Assembly: GCA_051984555.1 (NCBI GenBank) | Contig: JBPYEW010000225.1 | Location: 12,626 to 76,625 of the forward strand | Direction of reading: 5' to 3' | Length of the DNA: 64,000 nucleotides | DNA from: Terriglobales bacterium | Lineage (GTDB): Bacteria > Acidobacteriota > Terriglobia > Terriglobales > Acidobacteriaceae | In this document: in pieces, positions 1 through 8,622 of the stretch | Numbering within the stretch: position 1 is the first letter of the stretch | Layout of the letters: every line of letters starts with the position of its first letter | Program-made: the position numbers and the translations under genes | The notes under the pieces: model-generated | Databases searched by the model: none | What the model was told of the DNA's origin: nothing | Seen by the model: the letters and a program-made list of their open reading frames with translations, nothing else

Positions 1-99
1 TACCGTGAATCCGGCCTGCCGGGCAGCGATCGCCGCCGCCAGTCCTGCCGGACCGCCTCCCGCTACAAATACGTCGCTTTCGCAAAGACTGTGATACAT
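1..99 (-). CDS. FAD-dependent oxidoreductase, first 33 codons only (gene runs off the window)
   Basis: Own translation of the minus strand from the ATG at 97-99 gives MYHSLCESDVFVAGGGPAGLAAAIAARQAGFTV, which carries a GxGxxG dinucleotide-binding fingerprint. It starts 3 nt after the type III PKS stop, so the two are probably co-transcribed. Confidence 0.6.
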   Translation of the reverse strand, partial: MYHSLCESDVFVAGGGPAGLAAAIAARQAGFTV

Positions 100-102
100 C
101 CC

Positions 103-1152
103 TTACCATTCCAGCAATACGAGTTCGGAACAGAATCCCGGCCCCATGGCCGCCAGTATGCTCAAGCTGCCCTCGGGCGGACGCCGCCGCCCCATGTAGT
201 CTTCCAGGACCAGCAGCACGGAAGCGGAAGACAGGTTTCCCACTTTCGCCAGGCACTCCCACGACGCGTCCAGCGCCGAATCCGACAATTCCAGCGCCTT
301 CTCGGTCGCCTCAAGAATCTTTGGTCCGCCTGTATGCATAATCCAGGTCCCAATGTCGCTACGGCTCAGTTCGTACTCCGCCAGAAATGCGTCAACATCA
401 TTCGCCAGATGCTTCTGCACCATCTCCGGAACGCTGCGGGAAAGCACCAGCTCAAAACCTTTTTCGGAAATGTCCCACCCCATCACGTCCTCTGTGCCGG
501 GATAGAAAATGGATTTCGTAGCAACAATCCGTGGTCCGTGATTCACGCGCTCACAGCCGCCGACAATTACCGCGGCCGCGCCATCGCCAAACAATCCCGT
601 GGCGATCAGGTTCGACATAGTCAGATCGTTTTTCTGCCACGTCAACGAGCACAGCTCTACCGCAACCAGAGCGGCCAACTGATTGGGATATCCGCGCACG
701 TAATCTGCTGCCCGCGCGATTCCAGCCGCGCCCGCCACGCAACCCAATCCGAAAATCGGAATACGTTTCACATTCGGCGACAGTCCCATGCGGTTGATCA
801 TCCGGCCCTCAATCGATGGACTGGCCACACCTGTCACGGTGACGAAGAAAATCGCTCCCAGTTCCTCGGCGCCTACGCCTGCCTGGTTGAGTGCCCGGCA
901 CAACGCCATCTTCCCCAATTCCTGCGCCGATTCGATCCACGCATCATTCGCCTGTCCCCACGTGCTTAAGTCCTGGTAACGCTCGATTGGAAGTGACAGA
1001 TAACGGCCTTCGACTCCGATTAAGTTATGCAGCCGGTCAACCAGTTCGGGCTTGTGAATCTTTCCGCCCCAACTCTCTTTCAGTGCCTTTCGGATTACGC
1101 TTTGTGGGTAATAATGTTTCGGAAACGCGCTAGCGACGCCTGCGATTCTCAT
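103..1152 (-). CDS. Type III polyketide synthase (chalcone/stilbene synthase family)
   Basis: 349-aa ORF. It has the active-site Cys context IFGLGCVAGAAG and a thiolase-fold C-terminal half (GGPKILE, AAMGPGF), which is typical length and layout for a bacterial type III PKS. Confidence 0.9.
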   Translation of the reverse strand: MRIAGVASAFPKHYYPQSVIRKALKESWGGKIHKPELVDRLHNLIGVEGRYLSLPIERYQDLSTWGQANDAWIESAQELGKMALCRALNQAGVGAEELGAIFFVTVTGVASPSIEGRMINRMGLSPNVKRIPIFGLGCVAGAAGIARAADYVRGYPNQLAALVAVELCSLTWQKNDLTMSNLIATGLFGDGAAAVIVGGCERVNHGPRIVATKSIFYPGTEDVMGWDISEKGFELVLSRSVPEMVQKHLANDVDAFLAEYELSRSDIGTWIMHTGGPKILEATEKALELSDSALDASWECLAKVGNLSSASVLLVLEDYMGRRRPPEGSLSILAAMGPGFCSELVLLEW

Positions 1153-1529
1153 CTCGGTGTGATCCTGCTATCAGGCTCGACTTAAAAGCTGCCGGCTAAA
1201 CAACATTAAGCAGCACCAATAAACGGGGCATTGCCCCTAAATGACAATTCGTTCATCCCGAGCACAATGAGTAATTTACCGTCGCGAAATCTCTCCCCTT
1301 TTCAACTCCAGGAAACGGAGCGTCAGCCGCTTTGTCGTGAGATTTCACCGTGGAACCGCGGTCGCTATCCGTTGCATTGACTAGGCGATTGGCTGTTGGC
1401 GAACTTTGGCTTTGCCCTGCGCTTGTGATAGAGTTCCGCGCAGTCGCCTATCCCCAAACACACGACATCGGTTCTGACCAGTCTCACGTGTGTTGGCTCA
1501 ACTAGCTGCCTTCCAAAAGGAGAAAACTG

Positions 1530-2629
1530 TGAACACGCTGCCGAAGCGTTTCCGAATTGTGTCGCATGTCGTCCTTGCCGCTATTGTCATTTCAGCCGCA
1601 GCTCAAGCCGCGCAGGGCCAGACATCCTCACCAGCTACCGATACGAGCCAAGCCATCCAGAATCTCAAGTCGATCTTCAAGAAGAAACCGGCTGCGCCGG
1701 CGGGCAATTCAACTCCCACGCGCGATCCGAATCGCGCACAACCTGCCGCCGCGCCTGGGCCGGCAACTTCCTCCGTGCCCTCTGCTGATTGCTGCACTCC
1801 GGAAGCGATGAAGAAGATTGCCTCGTCTCTCGGTTACCTGGATGTTGTCGGCGTGAAGCTGGGGATGACGCCCGAGCAGGCGTTCGCCGCCGTGAAGGCG
1901 CATAATCCGCAACTCAGGATTGACGTCCATCACGCCCGGCTGCAACATCCCACTGCCCCCGAAGGTTCATTCGTCAGGGTCCCGGTGTGGGTGATTGCCC
2001 ATACCTTAGGGCGCGGCTCAGCGTCCAACTTCGCGCTATCCGACTACAGCCTGGAAGCCATCGGCCTGGAATTTACTACGCCACCGAGTCCTCCCTTGGT
2101 CGCGAAGATTGCGCGCCTTGTTCAATTTCCTAATGAAAAGCCAGTTCTTCTGAATACTTTGCTGGAGGGCCTCCAGAAGAAATACGGTCCCGAAAGCGGC
2201 GTTCTAAGCGACAACCGGGTGTGGGCCTTCGATGCCAATGGCAAGCCTCTGACTCGCTACTTCACCGATGCCGAGAAGGCCTGCGACCCGGGAAATTGGA
2301 CTTGGGACTTACCCAACAACATCGCCCTCACTGGCGGTGAGCCTGGCGATGCGGGAAATATTCGATTGACTCCCGGTGAGATGGATGACGCTCACGTACA
2401 GTACGAAAGGCATGCTGCCTGCTTGCCGTTCACGTTTGTCGCAGCATCGGGCATTGGCTCAAGTATCGCTCCTAATAGCCCGGTTACCAGCATGCAAGTC
2501 GTTCTCTCGAGCCCGGCGCTGTTGCGCTATTCCCAACAGGCCACGCATGATTGGCTGCAAGCAGAGTTGGACGGCAAGTTAAAGCAACAACGTGACGCCG
2601 ATGCCAAGCGTCCGGCCCCCGAATTTTAA
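1530..2629 (+). CDS. Hypothetical secreted protein (paralog A)
   Basis: ORF 1490-2629. I prefer the GTG at 1530, which follows AAGGAG (1517-1522). The N-terminus has a signal-like hydrophobic stretch VVLAAIVISAAAQAAQG. It shares blocks with the next gene (GM-P, LL..L..KYG.E, W.FD.NG). Confidence 0.6.
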
Positions 2630-2654
2630 TCCGTCAATGCCAAGAGGAGGTTTT

Positions 2655-3419
2655 ATGCCATCTTCGTTGCCACGTGTCTTCACAGTTGCTTCGCTGATCT
2701 TCCTTGCCTTGCTGACAAACTCGGCGCGCGCGCAATCGCTGCCGGCAACGCCCCATACTCCGGACATGCTGGGTATTTACCCGGGAATGCCTGCGCGAGC
2801 CGCGCGAGCCGTACTGCAAAAGCATTCTTCTCAATATCAGGTGCAGGACAACACCCCGCCTGAAACGGGGTTTTCGCTGATGATCCCCGATCCGCAGCAT
2901 CGTGACATCACCACTGTCGATTTGACTCAGGCTCCCAACGAGCCCGCCGTCTGGAGAATCAGCCGCGGACAAACTCTCTCGAACCTCGACCAGATGTCTG
3001 TGCAGGCGCTGCTTACGGCGGTCCGGGAGAAGTACGGCAAAGAAACCATCTCGCAAGATCACGGTGGCGGTGGCTTGTACCTCTATTGGATATTCGATCC
3101 CAATGGTCGCCTGCTCGCCTCCGCCGACGCTGCACTCACCGGTTGCAACCCCGCATCCTTTTCGGTCCTCATGCGCAATCATTCTCCAATATCGCCAACT
3201 GGACCTGAGCAAGTCTGCTATCGATCTTTTTTTGCCGTCGTCGCGCAGCTCAACCGCGGTGCAAACCCCGAACTGTTGCAGGCCTATAGCGTGCAGTTAG
3301 TGAATCTCCCCTATGCGTTCGTCGCTGCCAACAATACGCTTAAGGTCGACAACAACGCGGCGGAAAAGGAAAGACAGAAGCAGATGAAAAAGGCTAACGA
3401 CAACAAACCAACGTTTTGA
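2655..3419 (+). CDS. Hypothetical secreted protein (paralog B)
   Basis: ORF 2592-3419. I prefer the ATG at 2655, which follows GAGGAGG (2644-2650). It has the signal peptide MPSSLPRVFTVASLIFLALLTNSARAQ and the same block architecture as paralog A. Confidence 0.6.
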   Translation: MPSSLPRVFTVASLIFLALLTNSARAQSLPATPHTPDMLGIYPGMPARAARAVLQKHSSQYQVQDNTPPETGFSLMIPDPQHRDITTVDLTQAPNEPAVWRISRGQTLSNLDQMSVQALLTAVREKYGKETISQDHGGGGLYLYWIFDPNGRLLASADAALTGCNPASFSVLMRNHSPISPTGPEQVCYRSFFAVVAQLNRGANPELLQAYSVQLVNLPYAFVAANNTLKVDNNAAEKERQKQMKKANDNKPTF

Positions 3420-3485
3420 ACGACTCCGGCCAATCCGCCTTTATTGACCGGAACGCTCACCTGCTAAACTACTGATTCAAGGACC

Positions 3486-3575
3486 GGAGGGATGCGTGAG
3501 CGGTCGAAACGGGTGGTCTTGAAAACCACTGTACCCGGAAGGGTACCGGGGGTTCGAATCCCTCTCCCTCCGCCA
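3486..3575 (+). tRNA. tRNA-Ser (anticodon UGA), 90 nt, CCA encoded
   Basis: Manual cloverleaf. The acceptor stem is GGAGGGA/TCCCTCC with discriminator G and CCA. The anticodon stem is GTGGT/ACCAC with loop CTTGAAA. There is a long variable arm (GTACCC-GGAA-GGGTAC) and a T-loop GGTTCGAATCC. The GEGFEPP artefact appears in the antisense ORF 3469-3663. Confidence 0.9.
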
Positions 3576-3672
3576 TTCTTTGGGAGACGTCAGTTTTTGT
3601 TCGAACTACCACTGTTCGAGCCCCGGCCCGTGACCTCCGTAATGCGTTCGTGACCCTCATCACCGCTGTTTC

Positions 3673-3981
3673 GTGAAAGATTTGCGATATTTAGGGGGAG
3701 AGGTATTCGGCCCCGTGTTTCGGCTCGATTATTTGTCCTGTTTACTGACCATTGCTTCGACCATTCTCATTGGCAAGCGGTTTTGGACTGGCTGGCTCTT
3801 GGCCGGCGCCAATAGCGTCATCATCTGCATCATCGCTCTCAAAACGTCACAGTTTGGCTTCATTCCCGCCAACATCTTCTGCATCTTTCTTTACGGAATG
3901 AATGTGAGAAATTGGCGGACAGAACTGCCGCCTCAGGAACCTGAAGAGCAGACCGGACGGGAACTGGTCTCCCAGTCGTGA
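3673..3981 (+). CDS. Small hydrophobic membrane protein (about 3 TM helices), function unknown
   Basis: 102-aa ORF starting at GTG 3673. An alternative GTG at 3715 lies 11 nt after GGGGGAGAGG. Three hydrophobic segments are visible. I recognise no catalytic motif. Confidence 0.45.
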   Translation: MKDLRYLGGEVFGPVFRLDYLSCLLTIASTILIGKRFWTGWLLAGANSVIICIIALKTSQFGFIPANIFCIFLYGMNVRNWRTELPPQEPEEQTGRELVSQS

Positions 3982-4031
3982 TTTAGTCCCGCAAGCTGTC
4001 CGAAACGCGCAGGCTACAACACCACGCGGAA

Positions 4032-4553
4032 CTATTCAGCCTTTACGATAGCGCCGCAGGCGACTCGATCACCCGCATTCCCCGCTGGATCGCTCTTCAT
4101 GTCATCCGGCTTCGCGTGAATGACCAGTGCGGTGCCGCCATTTGCGAACACCGAGTTTGCGCCCTTTCCTAAGCTGACACTCGGATTATCGACCGTCACG
4201 TGCGCTTTTCCCGTGTGCTGCACGAGGAAGTTATCCATGTCACCCGCGTGATGCCCGTCAGGGTTGTTGAGCCCGTGCTTCTTTCCTTCGGGATTGAAAT
4301 GCGGCCCCGCCGATTTGAAATCAGGTGGATCACACTTGGCGTTTTGATGGATATGTATTGCGTGTTCTCCCGGCTGGACACCTTGCAACTTGAGCTTGAT
4401 CCGGATGCCCTCGCCGTGTTGGGTGATAGTGGCGTTACCCACCTTGTTGCCTTCGGCATCTCGCAGCTCGACCCTTGCTTCGACGAACGCATTTGCCAGC
4501 AGCGTCCCGCCAATTAACATTCCGAGCAGAAGAAAGAAACGGAGATTTCCCAT
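4032..4553 (-). CDS. sodC: Periplasmic Cu/Zn superoxide dismutase
   Basis: Metal-ligand motifs HAIHIHQNAKCD, GPHFNP, GHHAGDMDNF and RVACGAI are present. I set the start at the internal ATG 4553 (MGNLRFFLLLGMLIGG signal peptide). The upstream part of ORF 4032-4805 overlaps cysH in another frame. Confidence 0.9.
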   Translation of the reverse strand: MGNLRFFLLLGMLIGGTLLANAFVEARVELRDAEGNKVGNATITQHGEGIRIKLKLQGVQPGEHAIHIHQNAKCDPPDFKSAGPHFNPEGKKHGLNNPDGHHAGDMDNFLVQHTGKAHVTVDNPSVSLGKGANSVFANGGTALVIHAKPDDMKSDPAGNAGDRVACGAIVKAE

Positions 4554-4612
4554 GCGCCAAATTATAGACGGAGCCTTCGCCGGCGCTGGCCGCTTTCTGT
4601 TCTTCTGGAAGA

Positions 4613-5326
4613 TCAGACTCTGTCCGCGGCTGCCGGGCTGATCACGTGCAGGCCGCACTCGGTTTTCGTGAATCCCGACCACCGCCCGGCTCTGGGATCC
4701 TCGCCCGGCCCGACGGCGCGCGTGCAATGCGTGCAACCAATACTCGGATAACTCTGGTCGTGTAGGGGATTGTAGAGAACCTTGTGCTGATGGATGTAGT
4801 TCCAAACCTGTTTATCGCTCCAGTCGGCCAGCGGATTGATTTTAATCAGGCCAAACTTTGCGTCCCAACTGATCTTGCGCGCACTCGCCCTCTGGGCTGT
4901 CTGATCCCGGCGAATACTGCTGATCCAGGCACGCAGGTGGCTCAATTTTCTCCGCAGCGGCTCGACTTTACGAATCTCGCAGCACTGGTCAGGATTTCGG
5001 GTCCACAACGCAGCTCCGTGAAGGCGCTCCTGTTCCTCCGGCGAGAGTAGCGGGCACATCCTTTCGATCTTGATCCCGTAGCGTTCTTCCACCTGATCGA
5101 TCAGGTTGTACGTCTCGGGAAAGAAAAACTCTGTATCAACCGTAAACACACGGAACTTGTGGGTGACTTTCGACGCGAGATCAATCGTCACCATGCCTTC
5201 AACCCCAAAGGCGGAAGAGATTGCCACATCATTCCCAAAGGTATGAAACGCCCAACGCAACACTTGATCGGCTGTCCACGATTCGGCTGCTGACTGCACT
5301 TCTTCCATTGACGTTTGAGGGCTCAC
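4613..5326 (-). CDS. cysH: Adenylyl-sulfate/phosphoadenylyl-sulfate reductase (thioredoxin-dependent, Fe-S type)
   Basis: PAPS-reductase fold with the CC...CxxC Fe-S ligands (QCCEIRKVEPL, GCTHCT) and the C-terminal catalytic ECGLH. Its start overlaps the stop of the upstream methyltransferase gene. Confidence 0.9.
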   Translation of the reverse strand: MSPQTSMEEVQSAAESWTADQVLRWAFHTFGNDVAISSAFGVEGMVTIDLASKVTHKFRVFTVDTEFFFPETYNLIDQVEERYGIKIERMCPLLSPEEQERLHGAALWTRNPDQCCEIRKVEPLRRKLSHLRAWISSIRRDQTAQRASARKISWDAKFGLIKINPLADWSDKQVWNYIHQHKVLYNPLHDQSYPSIGCTHCTRAVGPGEDPRAGRWSGFTKTECGLHVISPAAADRV

Positions 5327-6129
5327 GACACTATTTCCTCGTTCTCTTTCTGCTGATAAAGAAAGTCAGCGGGCATCGGATGGCGTTCGGCCACAGCGGC
5401 GTACTCTTGCAACTGATCGGCGCGCGCGAACCGGACCACCTCGCCAACCACCAGCAGTGTTGGTCCAGCGAGACGCGGTGCACGATGTAATTCGCCCACG
5501 GTTGTCGCGTAAATTTGCTGTCGTGGAGTCGTCGCTCGCGACACGATGGCGCACGTGGTTTCGTGCTTCGCACCTGCCGCTCGCAAGCGTGCAGCAACGG
5601 CCGCATATTGATGGCCGGGCATGTAGATCACCAGCGTCGCCCCACTCGTCATGAACTTTCGCCAATCTGTATCTTCGTTGTCGGGAGCACGATGACCGGT
5701 CAGCAGGATCACCGCTGGTGAAGCATCCCGGTGTGTCAGCGGGATCTCCGCGATCGCAGCTGCTCCAAAGGCCGAGGTCACGCCCGGTACGATCTCGTAT
5801 TCGATCTTCGCGGCACGCAGTGCTTCAATCTCTTCTGCTATCCGCCCAAAAATCAGCGGATCGCCACTCTTCAGGCGCACGACCTGTAGACCTGAAGCAG
5901 CAAGCCCGATCATGAGGAAGTTGATCTCCGGCTGCGTGATCTTCTTTTTGCCGCAAAGTTTGCCGACATTGTGAATTTGAGCGAAAGGCGAAACCAGTTT
6001 CAGAACTTCCGGTGAGACCAATTCGTCGTGAAGAACCGCCTCCGCATGTTTCAACAGGCGTGCCGCTTTGACCGTCAGCAGATCAGGGTCGCCTGGGCCG
6101 GCTCCCACAAGAAAAACTTTGCCGGTCAT
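5323..6129 (-). CDS. cobA: Uroporphyrinogen-III C-methyltransferase (siroheme branch)
   Basis: N-terminal FLVGAGPGDPDLLTVKA SAM-binding motif and tetrapyrrole methylase length. It overlaps both neighbouring genes by 4 nt. Confidence 0.9.
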   Translation of the reverse strand: MTGKVFLVGAGPGDPDLLTVKAARLLKHAEAVLHDELVSPEVLKLVSPFAQIHNVGKLCGKKKITQPEINFLMIGLAASGLQVVRLKSGDPLIFGRIAEEIEALRAAKIEYEIVPGVTSAFGAAAIAEIPLTHRDASPAVILLTGHRAPDNEDTDWRKFMTSGATLVIYMPGHQYAAVAARLRAAGAKHETTCAIVSRATTPRQQIYATTVGELHRAPRLAGPTLLVVGEVVRFARADQLQEYAAVAERHPMPADFLYQQKENEEIVS

Positions 6130-6743
6130 GCCGCCCCTCCCTGGTTCTCGGAAGATTGGCGTAAGAGTTCGGCCTCGAGCGCCGCGCGGCTAGCCAGCGA
6201 CTGCAACAAATTCCTTTTTCGTTCCTGGGGCAAATTCGACTTGAGTATCTCGCGCCGCGTTTCCCCCAACTCCGCCACCCACGTCTCGTACGCGGGACCA
6301 AACTGCTGCTCTAGTTGCTGCCGAATGCGCTGCGCCAGTGACGGACTCTGTCCCGAAGTCGAGATCGCGATTTGCAGGTCACCTCTCTTGACCACGGCCG
6401 GATAGTAAAAATCACACTGCGGGGGCACATCTACGACATTGCATAGAATTCGTCGCTCCTGCGCGTCCGCATACACTCGTTCGTTCAACTCGCGATCCGA
6501 CGTGGCGACGATGACCAGGAATGCGCGCTCGAGGTCTGCCGTTTCGTAACCACGCTCTTCCAGCTGAACCATTGCTGATTTCGCCCACTGCTTGACGAGA
6601 TCTGCCGCGTGTAGCGCAACAACCCGGACCTTCGCACCCGTTCCAAGGAGACCTGCAATCTTTTGCTCACCGATTTTGCCGGCCCCGACGACCAGTACCT
6701 CTCGCCCGTCGAGTTTCACGAATATTGGGAGCAGGCTTTTCAT
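6126..6743 (-). CDS. Precorrin-2 dehydrogenase / sirohydrochlorin ferrochelatase (CysG N-terminal domain type)
   Basis: Rossmann motif VLVVGAGKIGEQK. At 205 aa it has the typical SirC/Met8 size. It sits between the sulfite reductase and cobA genes. Confidence 0.85.
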   Translation of the reverse strand: MKSLLPIFVKLDGREVLVVGAGKIGEQKIAGLLGTGAKVRVVALHAADLVKQWAKSAMVQLEERGYETADLERAFLVIVATSDRELNERVYADAQERRILCNVVDVPPQCDFYYPAVVKRGDLQIAISTSGQSPSLAQRIRQQLEQQFGPAYETWVAELGETRREILKSNLPQERKRNLLQSLASRAALEAELLRQSSENQGGAA

Positions 6744-6746
6744 CGG

Positions 6747-8450
6747 TTATCCCTCCAGTCCGTGAGGCACGCGGCCAGGAGAAATATCTCGCGGAACTGC
6801 TTCCACCAGAGATCCGGCGAGAAATTCGCGAAGATTGTCGTTGTTATGCCGGCTGAAGAACTGCCGCAGGTTCTCGCCGTAGTGGCGGTCTTCCAGGTAC
6901 CGCCGCAGCAGCCGCTCGATGGCATCCGGAACTTCGCTGGCCGGGCATCGGTACCCAACCGGTCTGGCGAAACCCTGGTTCAGTCCGACTGCACCACCTA
7001 GGCAAAAGTAGTAAGCGTCCACCATCCGGCCATCGAGCTTGATCTTTTTTCCCTCGATGCCAATGTCAGCGATCCAGTGTTGCCCGCAACTGTTCGGGCA
7101 CCCCGTTACATGTAGCTTGAGGTCCTGGTCAAAACCCGGCATCCGTTCTTCGAGTTCTTCCACCAACCAGCGCGAAAAACTCTTGGTCTCGGTGATAGCA
7201 AGCTTGCAGAACTCCGCTCCACTGCATGCAATGGCTCCACGCCAGAATGGTGATCCGTCAGTTCGCAAACCAATGGCGTCGAGTTCCTTGGCCAATGCGT
7301 TCGCCTGTGTTCTCGGCACGTTGACGATCACCAGGTTTTGCATGGCGGTCGTCCGGAGTTGCCCGTCGGCAAAGCGGTCGGCAAGCTCTGCCGCAGCACG
7401 CATCTGTTCAGAATTGATTCGTCCGCGCAAGACTGCCGCGCCGACATAACTGAGGCCAGCCTGTTTCTGTGGATGGATTCCAACGTGATCCCGATAAACA
7501 TCGTCGGGCGCTTCTTCGGGAGCAGCCGGATCGAGGGTGAAACCAATACGTTCCTGCAACGAACTAAGAAAATTATCGGCGGTCCATCCGTGTCGCAGGA
7601 ACAAGAACTTCAACCTTGCGCGTTCCCGGTGCTCTCGCAGTTGTTCGGAATCGCGAAAGATCTCTGCAATCCCTTTCACTACCGGAAGCACTTGATCTGG
7701 CCGAACAAATGCATTCAACTGAGTGGCGAAGAATGGTTCGGCCGATAGGCCCCCGCCCACGCGCAGCGAGAATCCGGTTTCGCGCCGCCCGCCCACTTCA
7801 CGCGTGAGGGCAGTCAGGCCGATGTCGTTGATTTCCGGATAGGCACACCACACGCGGCAGCCGGTGATCGAAATTTTGAATTTGCGGGGAAGGTTGTAGA
7901 ACTCCGCATTCCCCATCAACGCTTGATTGATCCCCAACGCCAAGGGAGATGCGTCACAAATTTCTTCAGCATCGATTCCAGCAAGCGGGCAGCCTGTAAC
8001 GTTTCGAGTTACGTCGCCGCAAGCGCCAAGCGTGTTCAGACCCACTCGTCCCAGCGCTTCGAGAACTTCGGGGAGGGCTTCGATGCTGATCCAGTGCAGC
8101 TGGATATTCTGGCGAACTGTTAGGTCGCCAATATTGCGGGCATAGTTCTGAGTAAGATCGGCGATGGTTCGCAATTGGACCGAGTTCAACATCCCGTTCG
8201 GGACGCGGATGCGAACCATGAAGTAGGGCAGCGCTTTGCCTTCGCCCCCTTTGCCGCCGAGAACGCCGGCTCCGTCCCCCTGCGTGTAAACGCCCCACCA
8301 GCGGAAATAGGTGCCGATCCACTCCGGCGGAATAGCGGAGAAACCTTCGCGCGCGAAGCGTCGAATCTCACCCAAGCCTTCCCACGGATTCTTCTCGCGC
8401 TTGAGCCGCTCGACTCTTTGTGCTTTCGTCTCTTGGATTGTGTTTGCCAT
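6747..8450 (-). CDS. sir: Ferredoxin-dependent sulfite (nitrite/sulfite family) reductase hemoprotein
   Basis: 567 aa. The siroheme-[4Fe-4S] Cys cluster is present (ACSGAEFCKLA and TGCPNSCGQHWIADIG). The duplicated NIR_SIR ferredoxin-like halves are visible. Confidence 0.9.
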   Translation of the reverse strand: MANTIQETKAQRVERLKREKNPWEGLGEIRRFAREGFSAIPPEWIGTYFRWWGVYTQGDGAGVLGGKGGEGKALPYFMVRIRVPNGMLNSVQLRTIADLTQNYARNIGDLTVRQNIQLHWISIEALPEVLEALGRVGLNTLGACGDVTRNVTGCPLAGIDAEEICDASPLALGINQALMGNAEFYNLPRKFKISITGCRVWCAYPEINDIGLTALTREVGGRRETGFSLRVGGGLSAEPFFATQLNAFVRPDQVLPVVKGIAEIFRDSEQLREHRERARLKFLFLRHGWTADNFLSSLQERIGFTLDPAAPEEAPDDVYRDHVGIHPQKQAGLSYVGAAVLRGRINSEQMRAAAELADRFADGQLRTTAMQNLVIVNVPRTQANALAKELDAIGLRTDGSPFWRGAIACSGAEFCKLAITETKSFSRWLVEELEERMPGFDQDLKLHVTGCPNSCGQHWIADIGIEGKKIKLDGRMVDAYYFCLGGAVGLNQGFARPVGYRCPASEVPDAIERLLRRYLEDRHYGENLRQFFSRHNNDNLREFLAGSLVEAVPRDISPGRVPHGLEG

Positions 8451-8492
8451 AAAAATGAAAAACCCACCGCCAAATTGCTCTGGCGATGGGTT
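8451..8492 (-). terminator. Intrinsic terminator/attenuator hairpin immediately upstream of the sir start codon
   Basis: The minus-strand RNA reads AACCCAUCGCCA-GAGCAAUU-UGGCGGUGGGUU, a 12-bp stem with one G-U pair. It is followed by UUUUUCAUUUUU and then directly by the ATG at 8450. Confidence 0.7.
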
Positions 8493-8517
8493 TATGAGTG
8501 CTGAGATTACTAATTTA

Positions 8518-8613
8518 CTAAGTTAGCAGCCTCCCCGCGCCAGAACGCACGTATGCGCGACAACAACATGCGCACATACACATGGTCCGGCGAGTCTGGC
8601 TGCACAACGTCAT
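8518..8613 (-). CDS. Candidate Cys-rich leader peptide (31 codons) of the sulfur-assimilation operon
   Basis: Own translation gives ATG ACG TTG TGC ... TAG = MTLCSQTRRTMCMCACCCRAYVRSGAGRLLT. It has six Cys codons, five of them within seven codons. It lies between a promoter-like element and the attenuator hairpin. No clear Shine-Dalgarno is present, so it may be leaderless. Confidence 0.5.
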   Translation of the reverse strand: MTLCSQTRRTMCMCACCCRAYVRSGAGRLLT

Positions 8614-8622
8614 AGGCACATG

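Noticed and set aside
91-969. A 292-aa plus-strand ORF antisense to the type III PKS. Similar long antisense ORFs occur at 16023-16700, 29955-30821, 33121-33843, 38101-38946 and 41300-42508.
   Set aside because: Each lies entirely inside a gene with clear family motifs on the other strand. Their translations are Arg/Ser/Pro/His-rich with no recognisable domain, as expected for open antisense frames in high-GC DNA.
3420-3981. tRNA-Ser as an integration hotspot for a genomic island or prophage.
   Set aside because: No integrase, recombinase or phage genes are present. I found no direct repeat of the tRNA 3' end nearby, and the flanking genes are ordinary chromosomal functions.
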